A DNA stretch of 64,000 bases from Lama glama (Eukaryota), in contig CM052816.1 in the NCBI GenBank assembly GCA_028534125.1, positions 14,200,001-14,264,000 of the forward strand. The letters are read 5' to 3'. Positions 63,775 through 64,000 of this stretch are shown in pieces. A program made the translations under genes and the position numbers. Within the stretch, counting starts at the first letter, position 1. Each line of letters starts with the position of its first letter. Under the pieces are notes generated by a model. That model had not been told where the DNA came from and searched no databases. It saw only the letters and a list, made by a program, of their open reading frames with translations.

Positions 63775-64000
63775 GATTAGTGAGTCCTAGCAATCACTAT
63801 ACAGTGCAGTGCCTGCAGTTAACAATACTGTGTACTTAAAAATTTGCTAAAAGGGTAAGTCTTATGTTATGTGTTCTTATCATCAAAAAATTTTATAATA
63901 ATAGTAAAAAAGAGGCAAGAAGAAACTTTTGGGGGTGATGGAGATGTTTATGGCACAGATTGTGGAGATGATTTCACAGATGTACACTTATCTCTGAGCT
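63775..64000 (+). mobile_element. LINE-1 3' UTR fragment (L1MA/MB-like), runs to window end
   Basis: AGTTAACAATACTGTGTACTTAAAAATTTGCTAAAAGGGTA..GAAACTTTTGGGGGTGATGGAGATGTT. Confidence 0.8.

Overview
This is mammalian genomic DNA with no recognisable gene, most likely from a camelid: eight tRNA-Ala-derived SINEs fit the camelid Vic-1 type. It is intronic or intergenic and rich in interspersed repeats: young 5'-truncated LINE-1 copies (several with clear target-site duplications, TSDs), old L1M-class fragments, MaLR/ERVL LTRs, MIR, L2 and hAT-type DNA transposon relics. There is a 500-N assembly gap at 37476-37975. I could not recognise a protein-coding exon; the only ORFs I can assign are LINE-1 ORF2 relics. 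I found no convincing new multi-gene biological system. The best observations are mechanistic retrotransposition fossils: a tail-less 5'-half tRNA-Gly(TCC) retrocopy with a perfect TSD (50445-50480), a very small twin-priming 5' inversion (59581-59603), a twice-used target site (42256-42534) and a local insertion cluster near 50.2-50.5 kb. There are also several candidate regulatory elements and a + strand bias of L1s that hints at a minus-strand host transcript. Repeat subfamily names are by-eye calls from remembered consensus sequences, not RepeatMasker output, and boundaries of old elements are approximate.
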